The notes below the pieces were generated by a model. It was given only the letters and a program-made list of their open reading frames with translations. It did not search any database and was not told the origin of the DNA. Below are positions 32,837 through 46,013 of a stretch of 64,000 bases of DNA, piece after piece (within the stretch, counting starts at the first letter, position 1; each line of letters begins with the position of its first letter). The stretch is from Massalongia carnosa. Its lineage: Eukaryota. The stretch covers positions 2,728,001 to 2,792,000 of the forward strand of contig OZ287071.1 in the NCBI GenBank assembly GCA_965645245.1. The letters are read 5' to 3'. A program made the translations under genes and the position numbers.

Positions 32837-34665
32837 ACGTAATTTACTCTCATTCGGGTCAGCCCCCCATTCGGGTCACCCCATTAAAATCTAGCGACCG
32901 AAAAAAATTCTATCCTGTTTATCCACCACCACCATATATTTATCTATTAATTGTAGATAAAATGTCCGTTAATATGCCTACAATTGACTCTGCTACTAGA
33001 TTACAGTTGGCTATCGAAGAATTAGCCAAAAATCCGGGCATTTCGCAGCGGGAAATAGCGCGCCTTTACGGAGTTCCTCAGTCGACTTTACAGGCCCGGC
33101 TCAAAGGCAGGCGGGCCGCAAAACACTATCATCAAGCCGCCCAAAGGCTATCCGTCCACGAAGAACAGGCTCTGATTGATTGGATAGAGCGGATGACCTC
33201 ATGGGGTTGGCCGCCTCGTATCCAACATTTGGAAGGCATGGCCAGAAGTCTCCTGAACGCCAAAGGGGACAAAAATCCGTTGGGTCGTCATTGGTATCAA
33301 AAGTTCCTGAAAAGGCATCCCGATTTCAAAATCAAATACAATAGAAACCTCGATCAATCCAGAAAGGACGCTGGTAGTCCGAAATTTTGCGTGATTGGTT
33401 CGAATTGTACACGACCACCTTGGTCAAATATGGGATTTCAGATGAAGATACTTACAACATGGATGAAAAAGGCTTTGCTATGGGCATCGCAGACAGTTCG
33501 AAGGTCATAATCAAAGGAACAACAACAGCATTCAATGTGCATCCGGGAAATAGGGACTGGGTTTCTCTTATTGAGTGCATATCATCCCGCGGAACAGTTC
33601 TTCCGGCTTATATCATTTTTCAAGGTGCCCAAGTTCAACCTGCATGGTATGATGCCATGGAGACGAAGGCAGATACCGTTCGGGTCAGTCCCAATGGTTG
33701 GACGGATGCGGAGATAGGCCTTCATTGGTTGCAAACGGTGTTCAATAAGCATACAAAACCTGAACGAGGCATGTATATGATGCTAATTGTAGATGGCCAT
33801 GAGAGTCACGTCTCCATTCCTTTTATGGAGTTTTGTGCCCAAGAGAAAATCATACCCCTTTGTTTGCCACCACATTCAAGTCATTTATTGCAGCCCCTGG
33901 ATGTCGGTGTTTTTGGCCCTTTATCTAAGGCCTATAAACAACTCGTTTCCAGCCAATCACGTTACGGGGCTGTGACTATTTCTAAGCTAGATTTTTTGCG
34001 CCTTATTCAGGTGGCTAGGAAACAGGCCATTACTACTACTAACATCATGAGTGCATGGCGGGGGGCAGGCCTCATCCCATTTATTCCAGGGCATGTTCTA
34101 GGCAAGTTGCCTAGGCCTATCACACCTCCTACCTATCCAAACACCGTCACCGATGCCCCCCAAACGGAGCAGCGAATCCAGGAAGTCAGCGATGCCCTTA
34201 TATCCTGTATAACTCCATCTCTTCGCGCGCATGTTGAGTTGCTTAAAACAACTGCTTTGAATGCCGTCGCTGATAGGGTTATTCTAAGACACACCAATCA
34301 AGAACTGATTGATAAAAAGGCTCAGGGACGTCAAAAAGCATCCAGAAAGGGGGGTGTTAAAGCGAGGGTGCTGACTGTGGGTGAAGGGCAGGCGATTGCG
34401 GAGGAAAAACAGAGGAAGGAAGAAGTATTGGCCAAACAAAAGGAACGGTACCATGCTTTAAATGGTAAAGTAAAGTTCGCAAAGGCCGTATGGAAGGAAA
34501 TGCAGATGGATACTCCGTAGTGATGTTTTTAGTTAGTTTTGGGGATGGTGGAAGCAATGTAATATTTTTCTTTGGTGAAGGGCGAAGGGTTTTTTTTTTG
34601 GTGGGGTGACCCGATTGGGTGGCTGACCCGAATGGGGGGCTGACCCGACTGAAGGTAAATTACGT
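32837..34665 (+). mobile_element. Fot1/Pot2-like pogo DNA transposon
   Basis: TIRs acgtaattta..tcgggtcagcccccc at both ends; TA at 32835-36 and 34666-67. Confidence 0.92.
32962..34520 (+). pseudogene. Fot1-type DDE transposase, single frameshift near 33385
   Basis: HTH (ARLYGVPQSTLQARLKG), LSVHEEQAL, YNMDEKGF, NGWTD, IVDGHESH, HSSHLLQPLDVGVF. Confidence 0.9.
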
Positions 34666-34674
34666 TACTCTGTA

Positions 34675-34748
34675 CGCATGTATAAATGATCCGCATGTAT
34701 AAATGATCCGGAGGTATAAATGATCCGGAGGTATAAATGATCCGGAGG
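34675..34748. repeat. 17-bp tandem repeat, ~4 copies
   Basis: cg(cat/gag)gtataaatgatc repeated immediately right of the Fot1 element. Confidence 0.85.
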
Positions 34749-35073
34749 AACGTCGAGGCGGAAGGCTTGTCTCAAGTGGTGCAGAATTGATTCATATTCA
34801 TGCGAGGGGCGATGCAACCAACGGTCTATCAATTCGGTCCCATTGGCGGTTCAGCCGCCGAGTGTAGACGAACGCATTGCGTCCAGGATCGTCATCAGTA
34901 GCATTTCGTTCTGGCCCCCAATGCGATCAAAAAAAAAAGGAGACAGGTGGCAGGAGGTAGGAGAGACACTTAAAAGGTCGAGTCTTTCGTTTGGCGATGG
35001 CGATATCTCGCGAACCGTCACTCGAACTTCTCTCGCTAGTGTGCGGTCGAACTCCTACCAAGATTGATTCATC

Positions 35074-35828
35074 ATGCCTTTCTCCCTATCTGCGATACTT
35101 GCAACGCTCGTGCTGCTGCCGATGCATGCCTTGACCCAGAACACCGTTCCGGACCTTGGAATCCTTCAGTTGATGACACCAACGCTACATGCCAGCCAGT
35201 TTCCCCTAGACGCTGTACGTATAGATTCCCTTCCCTTTCCCTCAACCCACCTAAGAAATCCCCCTAATTCCTTCGCTAGATCGAAACCCTCTCCGTCGAC
35301 GCCATCGACTTCTTTAGCAGTTACCGAGATATCGACACCTTCAACCTCGTCTCGGCCCAAGATGTCGCCCTTGCCTCGGCAGGCCATAACGAAAATAATC
35401 TCCTCGCAGACTTAGATCCCCTAGACCACATCTACATCGTCGACGCCGAGACGTCCCTCCTGGAAGACCCCACGGCGTACTTAACCCGCCTTCACGCCTC
35501 GGCCTCGCCGTGGCCGTTCTCGTCTGCCCTGATGTCGCAGGCGAGCGGCATCCTCCTCGGCTACGAATCCCTGGTCAGCCGCGACCTTCTCAGCGCCACC
35601 AACGTCCCTACCGTGACACCGGGGATACGCATCAACGTGGGCCCGGGGGCGGTGGCCAAGGGAGTCACCGCCACCGCTACCGCCACCGCCACGGCTGGGA
35701 ATGCTGGTGGCACACCATCCACTTCGACCTCCAAGGGAATGGGCATCCCGGCGGCGACAGGGAATCCACAGCTTGTGATCGCCGCCGCGGCGGCGGTCGC
35801 GGGTGTGATGGGCATCATTGCGCTGTAG
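35074..35828 (+). CDS. Secreted, probably GPI-anchored cell-surface protein (~229 aa, intron 35215..35279)
   Basis: Signal peptide MPFSLSAILATLVLLPMHALTQ; a GTACGT..CTAAT..TAG intron joins it to the 35532..35828 frame; T/A-rich linker; STSKG then hydrophobic C-terminal tail. Confidence 0.8.
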
Positions 35829-36499
35829 TTTAATCGTTCTCGACCGTTCAAGTTATTATATCTGTAAATATACATTATTAATGCATTTCTTTGCCCAATT
35901 GCCGGCTCGACGGACGCTCGGATTCCCGTGACCGATCAATGTTGGAAATCCGTCATCCATACATCGAATCATTCGATCCTTTTCTCATCGCTCGAGCTGT
36001 TAACAATTCTACCCCCAGTCCTAAACCCCAACCTTTCCGTCTCATCTTGAACCCCGTCAACCTACTATACCAAAAACCTCATTCTGCTCAATCAATCCCT
36101 AAGCCTCCCCCACATACCTACACCAAACCATCCCATATGTATCTATGTATGGATACAATACACTGAATACACAATCACCCCACCAAACCCCAAATCCTCC
36201 CCCATATCTTCCCTCTTTCTCTCCTCTTATTCTTTCTTCCTTTCTTTATATACGTCTTCTTTGTCTACGTGTGTAGATACAGCAAACATCCAATCCACCA
36301 ACAAACATTTCCCTCAAAAAATCCACCACCGTAGTCACACATCCACACCAAACCATCAACATCAACATCACGAAGTGTCGCGGTTAGGGTTTTTGTTTTT
36401 TTACAATTTATACATAGCGTGAAAGAAGATTCCGGGCGAATGAGAAGGAAAGAGTGAAGATCGATTGTTTATTGATTTATTGATTTATTCATTCGGGTA

Positions 36500-36675
36500 A
36501 GGGAGAGAGAGAGCGAGCGAGCGAGCTGATAGGTCTGGTCTGGTCTGGTCTGGTCTGGTCTGGAAGTGTTTGATGATGATGATGATGATGATAATTAATG
36601 ATTAAAGAGCAAGAGGAGAGAGGGGGTTGGGGACCTTTGAGTTGTTTGAGTTGATTGATTGATTGATTGATTAGT
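36500..36675. repeat. Compound microsatellites (GA)n, (GCGA)n, (GGTCT)n, (GAT)n, (GATT)n
   Basis: Read directly, in the intergenic region between two convergent genes. Confidence 0.85.
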
Positions 36676-37071
36676 TGCATCTCGTTCGTTCATTCTTCTT
36701 TTCTGTAATAGTCAACATATATTGAGTTGTTTTTTTCGTAGTTAATTACCTAGGGGCTTACTCATTATACTACTCTGTTACTCCGCAATGGATTTTCGGG
36801 GGGAGTTTTGTTTTTCTCGCAACGCATAAAATTCTAGGTGAGGGGAGTTTTGTTGGATATGTGAAGACTAACGACGTAGTAATATAATATGCAGTAATAG
36901 TAATATGATGACACTTGGTTGAATGAGTATGAGAGAATTACAAGATCTCGACGGAAAAAAAACGCTTTTCTTTTCCTTTCGGAAACGGGGCTAAATCAAT
37001 TCCAAATCCTGTTCAGTGACATAACGGGGAGTTCTTCATTGCGGAGGTTTGTGTTTGTTGTCACAGCGGAC

Positions 37072-37896
37072 TTAACAGCTCCCGTCACGAACAATGACGT
37101 TGTAACCCTTCTGGTCGAAAAACTGGCCCTTGGTACGCTGGATTCCACGTCCAACACCGTACGTGCAGTCGTTGCCAATGAGCGCAGCGTAAGCTCCCAT
37201 GTCGTTGGTGGGTTGTTGTGCGTTGTTACTCTGCCGGAGGGGCAATACATATTAATAACATGTCCAGTATCTGTGGATCTCTATCTAGGAAGGACTCACC
37301 GTGCACCACCAGATTGCCGAGTTATAGGAGCAGCTAATCTGGCCACAGCTGCCTGGACTCATAGATAACCTGTCCGACCCAGGGAATCCGCGTAGATAGT
37401 TGGCTCCATCTCTGATAGCTCCGGCGTCCCCCGCTCCGAACTGCGGAGGCCAGGTGCAGTGATTATAGCCATCCTGCTAGGGTTAGCTTGCGTTGGGTCC
37501 AGGATTTATGAGGGGCTTACCCATCCGGATGTTGATCCTGCATCTCTCTTGACAATAGGAGCATCTTTCATCACGGAGTTGTAGTTGGGATTTATGGCTT
37601 GAATATGTGGGAGGACTTTCTGTTCATGGATTTTAGTCTCTCAATCATTGTTGGCAAAGGGATTATGCTTCTATACTTCCAGGGTTCCGGTAAAGTTTGT
37701 CGGCGTGCCGTCGGCGGCTGTCACGTGCCAGTTGACTTCTCCTACGGGATAGGGAAGCCCTGCAGTACCAGTGGCCGCTGCGGAGACCTGTTTGGGCCGC
37801 TCTGTTAGCAGGTGGCCTTCGGAGATAGAAAACACGCACAAGTTGGGCACTTAGAGCTAGAGTTGCAAGGACAACCGAGGTCTTGAAGGCCGACAT
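37072..37896 (-). CDS. Small secreted Cys-rich protein with Kex2 pro-domain (199 aa, 5 exons)
   Basis: Introns 37788-37839, 37620-37676, 37474-37520 and 37231-37299 give MSAFKTSVVLATLALSAQLVSA..PIVKR|DAGSTSGWDGYNHCTW..DGANYLRG..CGQISCSYNSAIWWCTS..DCTY..KGQFFDQKGYNVIVRDGSC*; 6 Cys in the mature part. Confidence 0.87.
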
Positions 37897-39027
37897 GGTT
37901 GTAGGGAAGTTTGCGAGTAACTAATTGAAATCAAAGCTTTGTGAGAGTGAATAGTTGAAATCAAGCTTTGTGAGAGTGAATGATTGATACCAAGCTGGGG
38001 AAAGTGGATGATTGAAGAATAAACTGTGGGAATTTCAACGGATTTTATAGATGGTGATCAAGGCACGAGGATAGAACGCGTCTCGCAGACCTACGAGCGG
38101 AATGTAAGAACAACTTGCAGCTGGCCAAACGTAGCAAGCTAGAGAAGTAAGCTTTATCGTTCAGCGCGTCGTATCGTTCTCAGACGGAGACATCTTTCTT
38201 CATGTATATGCCATACACCAATGAAGACTTGTTGACTACACTTCAGCCTCGACGTAGTTCGCGTCGTGCAGTCGTTCGAGAGACATTCTAGTTCAAGCCC
38301 ATGGACCATTTGCGGAATTCCTTGCGAACTAGAGCATGGGTCTTATGAGTCGTTTGATCATCCGCCCCGACTACGTAAGTCGCCTGTTGCTTGTTATTGG
38401 TCAGGCGCATGGCTGACATCTGTCGCGGGTAGGCCTGAGGGGAGCGTTTATAGTGTAGCTCCAGCTTTATATTTCGTGCAGTATAGAAGGCTGTGAGGTG
38501 CAGTCTTGCGAGGTAGAAAGGCTGGGCTGACGTTGGATGGCGGATGATCGCGCCCTTAGGCGCCCAGCGAGTAACTCTGTTCTGTACGTTTTGTCAGATT
38601 TGTTGACTGTCAAAGAGTTAGTTCCCTCTAAACAATCCTATAAACAATCACGAGAAGAATTTTTACTTGCCCCTACACACATCCTCTATCTGCGGTCATC
38701 ATGAAGCTTGCCCCTCTCGCTGCCTATCAGCTCCAAATCAAAAAACGTTGCGATCACTGAATGGATAGACAGAGTTGCGACCGAGGAAAGGTTCGTTAGT
38801 CTCATGGGTAGAAACGCTCACATGAAGTCTTCAGAACTGTTGCGAATATTTCGGACTACTACTCGTGTGGCCCAGAAGTCTGTCGTTTCCTTTTTGGGTT
38901 AGCGCGTCTTGGCAGACATAAACAAACCTCCCACGTGCCTCCGTGCCTCCCTAAACATCGCTTTTTTCCCTTATCGAATCTGAATATCCTCATCCATATA
39001 ATTTAAACTTCAATAATTATTCATAAT

Positions 39028-39960
39028 ATGAATGATAAAGCAGGTCATGAAGAGAAAACACCGGGAACTCGTAAACGAGAATGGGTAACAAAGATGACGA
39101 AAGACGCACCGAAAACAGTTAAACTGGATCAACCCTCTCCCCCTCCCTGGACAACGATCGACGAGGCACAGAAGAGACAACGCACAGCGCAAGTAACGAC
39201 GCAGAACCAACGAGACGGGATAATAAAGAAGCACTTTGAGAATCAGTGGATCAACAAGTGGAAAGCATATCAAGCAAAACACACGTTATATCCCACGATC
39301 GCACAACAGGCGCCTATACACAGGAAAAGGCTTAACGCACACAAGTTACTAGACAAAGCGCAAAGCTCACTAGCAACACAGATAAGAACGGAAAAAATCG
39401 GATTGGCCAACTTTCTATATCGGCGCAAGGTCCCAGGTGTGAACTCGGCGGCATGTCCCTGCGGAAGCCTCTTACAAACAGCCAAACATGTAATCATGTT
39501 CTGCAGACTGCACGAACACAGAACGCACATGCTACGAACGGCAGGCTCGTCAGACTACCGCAAGCTAATCACCGAACCCAAAGCTCTCAAAGTAGTAACC
39601 GCGTGGCTCATGCGCACAGGTATTTTAACACAGTATTCCATTGCCACGCAACTGCTTGAACAGCAGCCGGGCAGTCTCTCTTCAGTTTGAAAAACAGGTA
39701 TCGCAGATTTTCGAGATACAGGAATCAATCCGCGGGAGCGGCGAACCCCCGATGAAGCGGATACGCAGGAGTAGTTTTTCACCTTTGGGTTTTCTACTTA
39801 TTACATAGCTTATATAGCATCTCCCGCATGGGCCGGCCTTCGGCCGGTGACACAACGGCGTAAGAATAATCAAATCAAATCAAAGCAGGTCATGAAGTTG
39901 CTTATGAGCTTCGATGCGCTATAGTTACTTGTAGAATTATTTTCGGTTGCACCTACTTCG
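39028..39960 (+). pseudogene. 5' fragment of a probable Tc1-like transposase, split by the LINE and truncated by a Gypsy LTR
   Basis: Removing the LINE and one TSD gives MNDKAGHEVAYELRCAIVTCRIIFGCTYF, resembling a Tc1 N-terminal HTH start. Confidence 0.45.
39053..39881 (+). mobile_element. 5'-truncated Tad1-like LINE with 16-bp TSD
   Basis: aaagcaggtcatgaag at 39037-39052 and 39882-39897; ORF2 C-terminus QIRTEKIGLANFL..CPCG..QTAKHVIMFC; (ATCAA)n 3' tail. Confidence 0.92.
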
Positions 39961-42900
39961 TGTGAGGGATAAAACGAGTTCAATTTCAATAGCCTAGTTC
40001 TACACCAAAATCTTCAGACGAAGTCTAAAAGCTTTACTCGGGCGGAGTTCTATATAACCCCTGAAAAGTCGGTTCCTCGGCACATTACCTAATCGATGCT
40101 AGTCTGATGTCAGGTGACCTCAGGACCCTGACACTACCCCTCCTCTGAGACGGCGGCTCCGGACGTCGATGGTTGACTGTTATTCATGAATAGGACATCC
40201 TTTGGGGCGTTGGGTTTTCCTTTATTGTCTGTATGAAATTTTCTGATTTCTTCTTTGGCGCGAATGAAATCAGTCCATGGCTGCCAAGGTGGGTTTGCGT
40301 TCCAGTCATCCCATGAGCCGATATAGGTTGCTTTATACTGAGTGCCGTATTTCTTAGTTTCACGGCAGTCGACGATTTCGAGGACTTCATATTCTTCATG
40401 AGGACTGGATTCGGCGTCTTCTTGAATCAGTATCGGGGGACCCGGTTCAATAAGTTGACCGGGGAATGGGTTCGTAGGAGCCAGATGAAGTTTCCATGGA
40501 TGAAATATGGGTGTGAGCCCCACTCTTTTCAAGTGTTCGGGAATTTCCAATTCATAGGCCTTGTTATCTATGTTTCGGATGATTTTCCATGGCCCCGCGT
40601 TTTTGGAACTCAGGGAGCGACTCTGCTTGTCGACGGAGAAATCTTTGGTGTTGACATATACCATGTCTCCTATCTTGTAGTCTGGATGTGGGGCCCGCGA
40701 CTCATTGGCATATCTCATCTGATCTGCCTGTGCCCAGGTTAGGTGCTCGATAAGCCATTTGGTCATGGCTTCTTGTCGGGCGGTTATTTTGTCTGCCGAC
40801 ATCAGTTCCGCGCGTCCGGTGACATTTGAGTCAAAAGGCTGAGGCGGCTCCGAGCCACTACGAGGGTGATAACCGTGATCAGCGAAAAAGGGGGACATTC
40901 CGGTTGAAGCGTTCGTATGATTATTGACTGCAAATTCGGCATCTGGTAAGTAGTCCACCCAGTCGTCTTGAGCATGTCTGACGTATGCTCTCAGGTAGTT
41001 CTTCATAACCTTATTCGCATTTTCGGTTTGACCATCTGTTTCTGGATGATGCGCGGAGGACGGTTTCGATTTGACTCCTAATCGCTGACAAATTCGCTTC
41101 CACAGATGGGCTGTCAATTGCGTCCCGCGATCGTGGACGATGGAGTTTGGCAAGCCGTATGTTGAAAAGACCCGACGTTTGAGGACTTCTAGTACGTCCT
41201 TCGTGCCTATATCCACCATAGGTTCGTACAACCTACGTTTGGTCAATCTGTCCACGATAACCAAGATATTTTCGTACGTCCGGCCCCGTCTGTGACATTT
41301 GGGCAGTTTGACTACAAAGTCCAGAGATAAGTCTGTCCATTTTCTTTGAGGTATGGGTAGTGGGGCTAATAGTCCCTGTTTCTGATCGTTGTACGCCTTG
41401 GACCTTCGGCATGTAGAGCAGTTAGTAGCGTATCTTCGACAATCATCCTTCATGGACATCCAGAAATAGTTCTCCAGCATTTTGGCATACATGCCTCGAT
41501 ACCCGGGGTGTCCTTGCATCGGGGGATTATGATGATCCGATAAAAGACGCAGCTTCAGCTTGTCGAAATTCGGAATGAAGAGGCGTGTTTTGTAGTATAG
41601 TCTTTCGTGACGGACTTCCAAGTCACCCATCGCCAGTCTCAGCCCGTTGCTTAGAATTTTATCGGGCAATTTCTTCAGATTTTCCAACTTAGCCTTCATG
41701 ACTTCCTGAATCATTGCGTCTTCTTGATATGCCTCCGCTAAAAGATTTTCTAATAATTCATCAGGCTTTTCTGCATCCGAATCATCATTCGAATTGATTG
41801 TGAACTCCTCTACCGTCAAGTCCTCTACTTCCTCATCCCTGATTTGATCGGATGAGTCAGTAGTAATGTTGTCTTCAACCCGTTCTCGATTGGCCATGGA
41901 TCTGGTTGTCACGTACAGCTTCAGGTCCTGTTTCACTTCATCGTCCAGCTGATTTTCTTTTAGCAGCACCTGATATTGATATCTGGTGCGATCATCCTCC
42001 GCGTCCATCGGCAGATCTTGCTCTCTTCTGGTGAGGGCGTCCGGTTTGCCCCCTTGCTTGCCTGGTCTATACATAATGCGAAAATTATATTCCGCCAGCA
42101 TCTCAGCCCAACGCACTTGACGGCGATTTAGTTGTTTCAAAGTCATGAAGGTCTCCAGATTCTTATGATCTGAGTAGACCTTTGTTGATTGCTCCACTCC
42201 CGCTAGCTCCGGTCTCCAGATGACGAAACTTTCTACGATGGCTAGGAGTTCTTTATCGTAGATCTCATAATTGCATTCGGCGGGGCTCATCTTCTTCGAG
42301 AAATAAGCCACGGGTTTCAGAACGCCTTCATGCATCTGAGAGAGTATCCCCGATACTACGAAGTCAGATGCGTCTGTCTCCACCCAGGTCTCTAGCCTTG
42401 GGTCGTAATGAGCAAGAATCGGCGCAGAGGTAAAAGAAATCTTCATGTCTTCGAAAGCTTGCTGACATTCAGTGGTCCACACGAAGTCTTGATACTTGGT
42501 GCGTCTCTTTCCGCCTTTCGTGACATATTGCTCTCCGCGGGTTAGCTCGGTCAGACACTTCACCTTTTCGGAGAATCGCTCAATGAAGCGACGATAGAAG
42601 TTAGCGAATCCAAGAAAGGACTGCACCTCTTTTACTGACGCGGGCGTCTTCCATTCTAGTATGGCCGTCACCTTTTCTGGGTCCATTCTAACGCCATTCA
42701 CCCCCACGAACATTCCGAGGTACTTGACTTCGGAGACAGAGAATTCACACTTGTCTATGTCCAGTTGAAGTCCTCTTTCTTTCAGACGACGAAGTACCTT
42801 CAGTACCTGCTCGATGTGCTCCGTTTCTGTTTCACTGAACACCAGTACGTCGTCCAGATAGGCGGTGACGAAATAATCTAAGTATTCTCGCAGGGAGTTA

Positions 42901-45900
42901 TTGATATAGCTCTGAAATGTTGATGGAGCGTTGCATAGTCCGAAGGGCATCACAAGATATTCAAATTGACCGTATCGAGTATTGAACGCCGTGAGCCACT
43001 CTTTTCCCTCTTTAATCCTCATCCTATTGAATGCATGAATGACGTCCAATTTAGTAAACCACTTTGCTTTGGCGAGTTTCGCCAATGTCTCGCTGATCAA
43101 TGGAATGGGGTATCGACTTTTCTCCGTGATATTATTCAGATCTCGATAATCTACGCAAAAGCGAAGACCCCCGCCTGGTTTCCTGACCAATAGTACCGGC
43201 GCGGCCGCCTTTGACGAGCTCGGACGAATAAACCCTTTTGCTAAGTGCTCATCTAGATATTTTCTTACCGCGGTCAATTCCTGTTCGGACATGGGCCGAT
43301 AATTCTTGATGAACGGGGGCTCGATCCCGGGCATCAAATTGATTTCGTGATCCTCTTTTCGATGAGGTGCCAACTCGTCTGCCTTAGCCCTCATGAAGAC
43401 TTCAATCTCGCCATGATAGGCCTCGGGTACTCGTTTTTTCAATTCTTCCAGAGTATATTCGACTTTGTCTTTCATGAACTTCTCCATGATCGTCGCTGGT
43501 GACTGCGTTGATACTTGAAGCAGTCAGAAGCTTCTTCTCGTACCTATCTAACTTCTTGTTGAGCTTTTCCCTCGGATAGAAACAGTAAGTCTGATGACCC
43601 GATCTTCGAAGAAGTTTCATAAATCGCTTCGGGGTGAGGGACTGAATATCGAAATTTTCAAAGGCCTCGTTCTTTGCTGAGGCAGTCGTTTCCTTCTCCA
43701 AGATTGTGGATTCAAATTTTGAGACTGAATGAGATCGAGGTGCGCATCCCTTACTGACGCACCGATTGGAGAACGTCATGGTGCGTTCAACCCAATCAAT
43801 GTGAGGGTTATGCTCCTGCAGCCATCCATCACCGATGATCAAGGTATGATTACCTATGTCGGCCAGATAGCAGAATAACTTTTCCTCATGATCTCCGATT
43901 CTGACGGGAACGATAACGGCCTTATCAATGATTTGATGGACTTTTCCATCCCCAAGTTCCAGTCTGACCCTGTCTCTTTTTTTTAGTCTAATGGTCTCTA
44001 GTTTTCTTTTGCGCGCAAAGGATTCATGAAGAAATTGAGCTTCACTTCCGTTATCGATCATCAACTGATTTTCATTAGAGGCTATACTACATCTAAATAA
44101 AAGATGCTTGCCCGGAACGAGATGATCGACAGAAAGAACAGATGCTCTAACAACCCTTAATGAAACTTCTCGACATTCCTGATGGCGACTATCATCAGGA
44201 ATCATTCTTTTTCCGAGTCCTCGGACTCGGATGAGTCTTCTCGAATGGCGACTCTACTGAGATTCACTGCTTGCCTAATGCAACAGGGGTCTCAGCCCCT
44301 ATGCCCTGATCCTCTGCACGACCAACATCGGCCCTGTCGTGACAGAGTCTCTCGTTCCCCGTCCTCCAACTTGGGCGGGTGAAAGCGTCCCCTCGTACCA
44401 AGCTCCTACCCATCCTTCCGGTTTGGTCGAGACCTGTCCGAATTTCGAGTTCGGGTTGGCGGAGATGGCGGAGTTGGTCGTAGTCGCTTTTGGTTTGACT
44501 GTGATCGAGGTACTGGAGGTGGCGGTCGTGGTTTTGTTTAAACCACGACCGACGGAAGAAGAAGGAGAAGTCGTCGTTTTCGCGGGCTTCTGAGATTCCG
44601 ACTTCGCGTACTTCTGATTCATCTCCTTTCTTCCCTGTTCGATTTTCCTGGCTTCATGCAAGAGGGTTTCTAGACTGATGAAGTCCCGTCCCAATAGAGA
44701 CAGCGCGATGTTCGGCCGCAGGGTGTCCTTGAACGTCTCAGTTCTCTCATCCGCGGGGGTTTTTGCACGTTGCCAGAGTTTGAACATTCGATGATAGTAT
44801 TCAGTCACCGTTTCATCTTTGTTCATGCTTATTTCTTTCAATTCCTTCTTCGCGTCCTTTGTCAAATATGCTATCCCGAGATAGCTCTCAATTTCCTTGA
44901 AGAACGTATTCAAAGAGAGAGTGGGACCGGCATCAACTACCCAGGTGTGTATGGCGTCGAAAATGGGATCCTTCATCTGCGATAAGGCGTAGTCGATTTT
45001 CAACTCCTCACTAGTGTACATTGGGGAGTCGGTTCTGATTTTTCTTTCCACCGTAAACGCCCATGCACTATAGGCGTCTGAGTTGGAACCGTCGAGGGCC
45101 TCCTTCGGGTTGGTGCCTTTGGGTCGATAATTGCTTAAGGGGGCAGCGACGGCGGATTGATCTTCAGTTTGACCAGTCGATGAGGTCGACGTCTGAGTAG
45201 CTTCGCGAGCTAGACGTTTCATCTCTGATATTTCACGAATGAGGTCCGAGTTTTCCGCTTTGACCTTCTGAGTCTCCAATTTTTCAGCCGCGATATCCTC
45301 CTCAAATACTAGTCTCTCGTGATCCCAGCTCTTTATCATTCGGGTCCATTCTGCCTGTAGACCTTTTAGATCTTTGTTTCTTTTTTTCAAGTCCTGATAT
45401 TTCTCGATCAAGACCTCATGTTGTAGGAGCGTGCCGGCTAGAACAGTGTACCATATGTCGCCGTCTCCCTTTAGGACGAGGGCCCTTCTCAACTCTTCTC
45501 GATTGGCCACCTTGATGATCATAGCTGATTTCGACGGATTGCTTTCCGTCAGACTTCGATAAATGGCATAATTGCTTATGTCGATTTTCGGTTCTGAGGT
45601 CGGGGCCTCGATCTTCGGTTCCCTGCCTTTGTCTTTGTTTGTCGGCAAAACAGTGTCATTTCCCACCTCTTCGTCGGCGGGTTCATATTCGCCTGGTATG
45701 CTCTGTGTCGATTGTCGCGACATGGAGCGAGCTCTAGTGTTGAAGGCCGGCCCCGAGGGAGCGACATCTCTGCTGGATGATTCTAATGAGTTCATGTTTT
45801 CTGATTAGCCTAATGATTCTGATTGTAGGTCTGAAGATTGTGTGAGGGATAAAACGAGTTCAATTTCAATAGCCTAGTTCTACACCAAAATCTTCAGACG

Positions 45901-46013
45901 AAGTCTAAAAGCTTTACTCGGGCGGAGTTCTATATAACCCCTGAAAAGTCGGTTCCTCGGCACATTACCTAATCGATGCTAGTCTGATGTCAGGTGACCT
46001 CAGGACCCTGACA
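39961..46013 (-). mobile_element. Gypsy/chromovirus LTR retrotransposon 1; identical 173-bp LTRs, non-matching flanks
   Basis: LTRs 39961..40133 and 45841..46013. gag 45795..~44202; protease IDNGSE; pol YLDDVL, ETDASD, SLDFV, VHDRG, DGQTE, chromodomain-like end. Frameshifts near 44383 and 43487. Confidence 0.95.

Noticed and set aside
39028..39690. 220-aa ORF as a real gene
   Set aside because: Chimera: the first 8 codons come from the target site and the rest is the truncated LINE ORF2 end.
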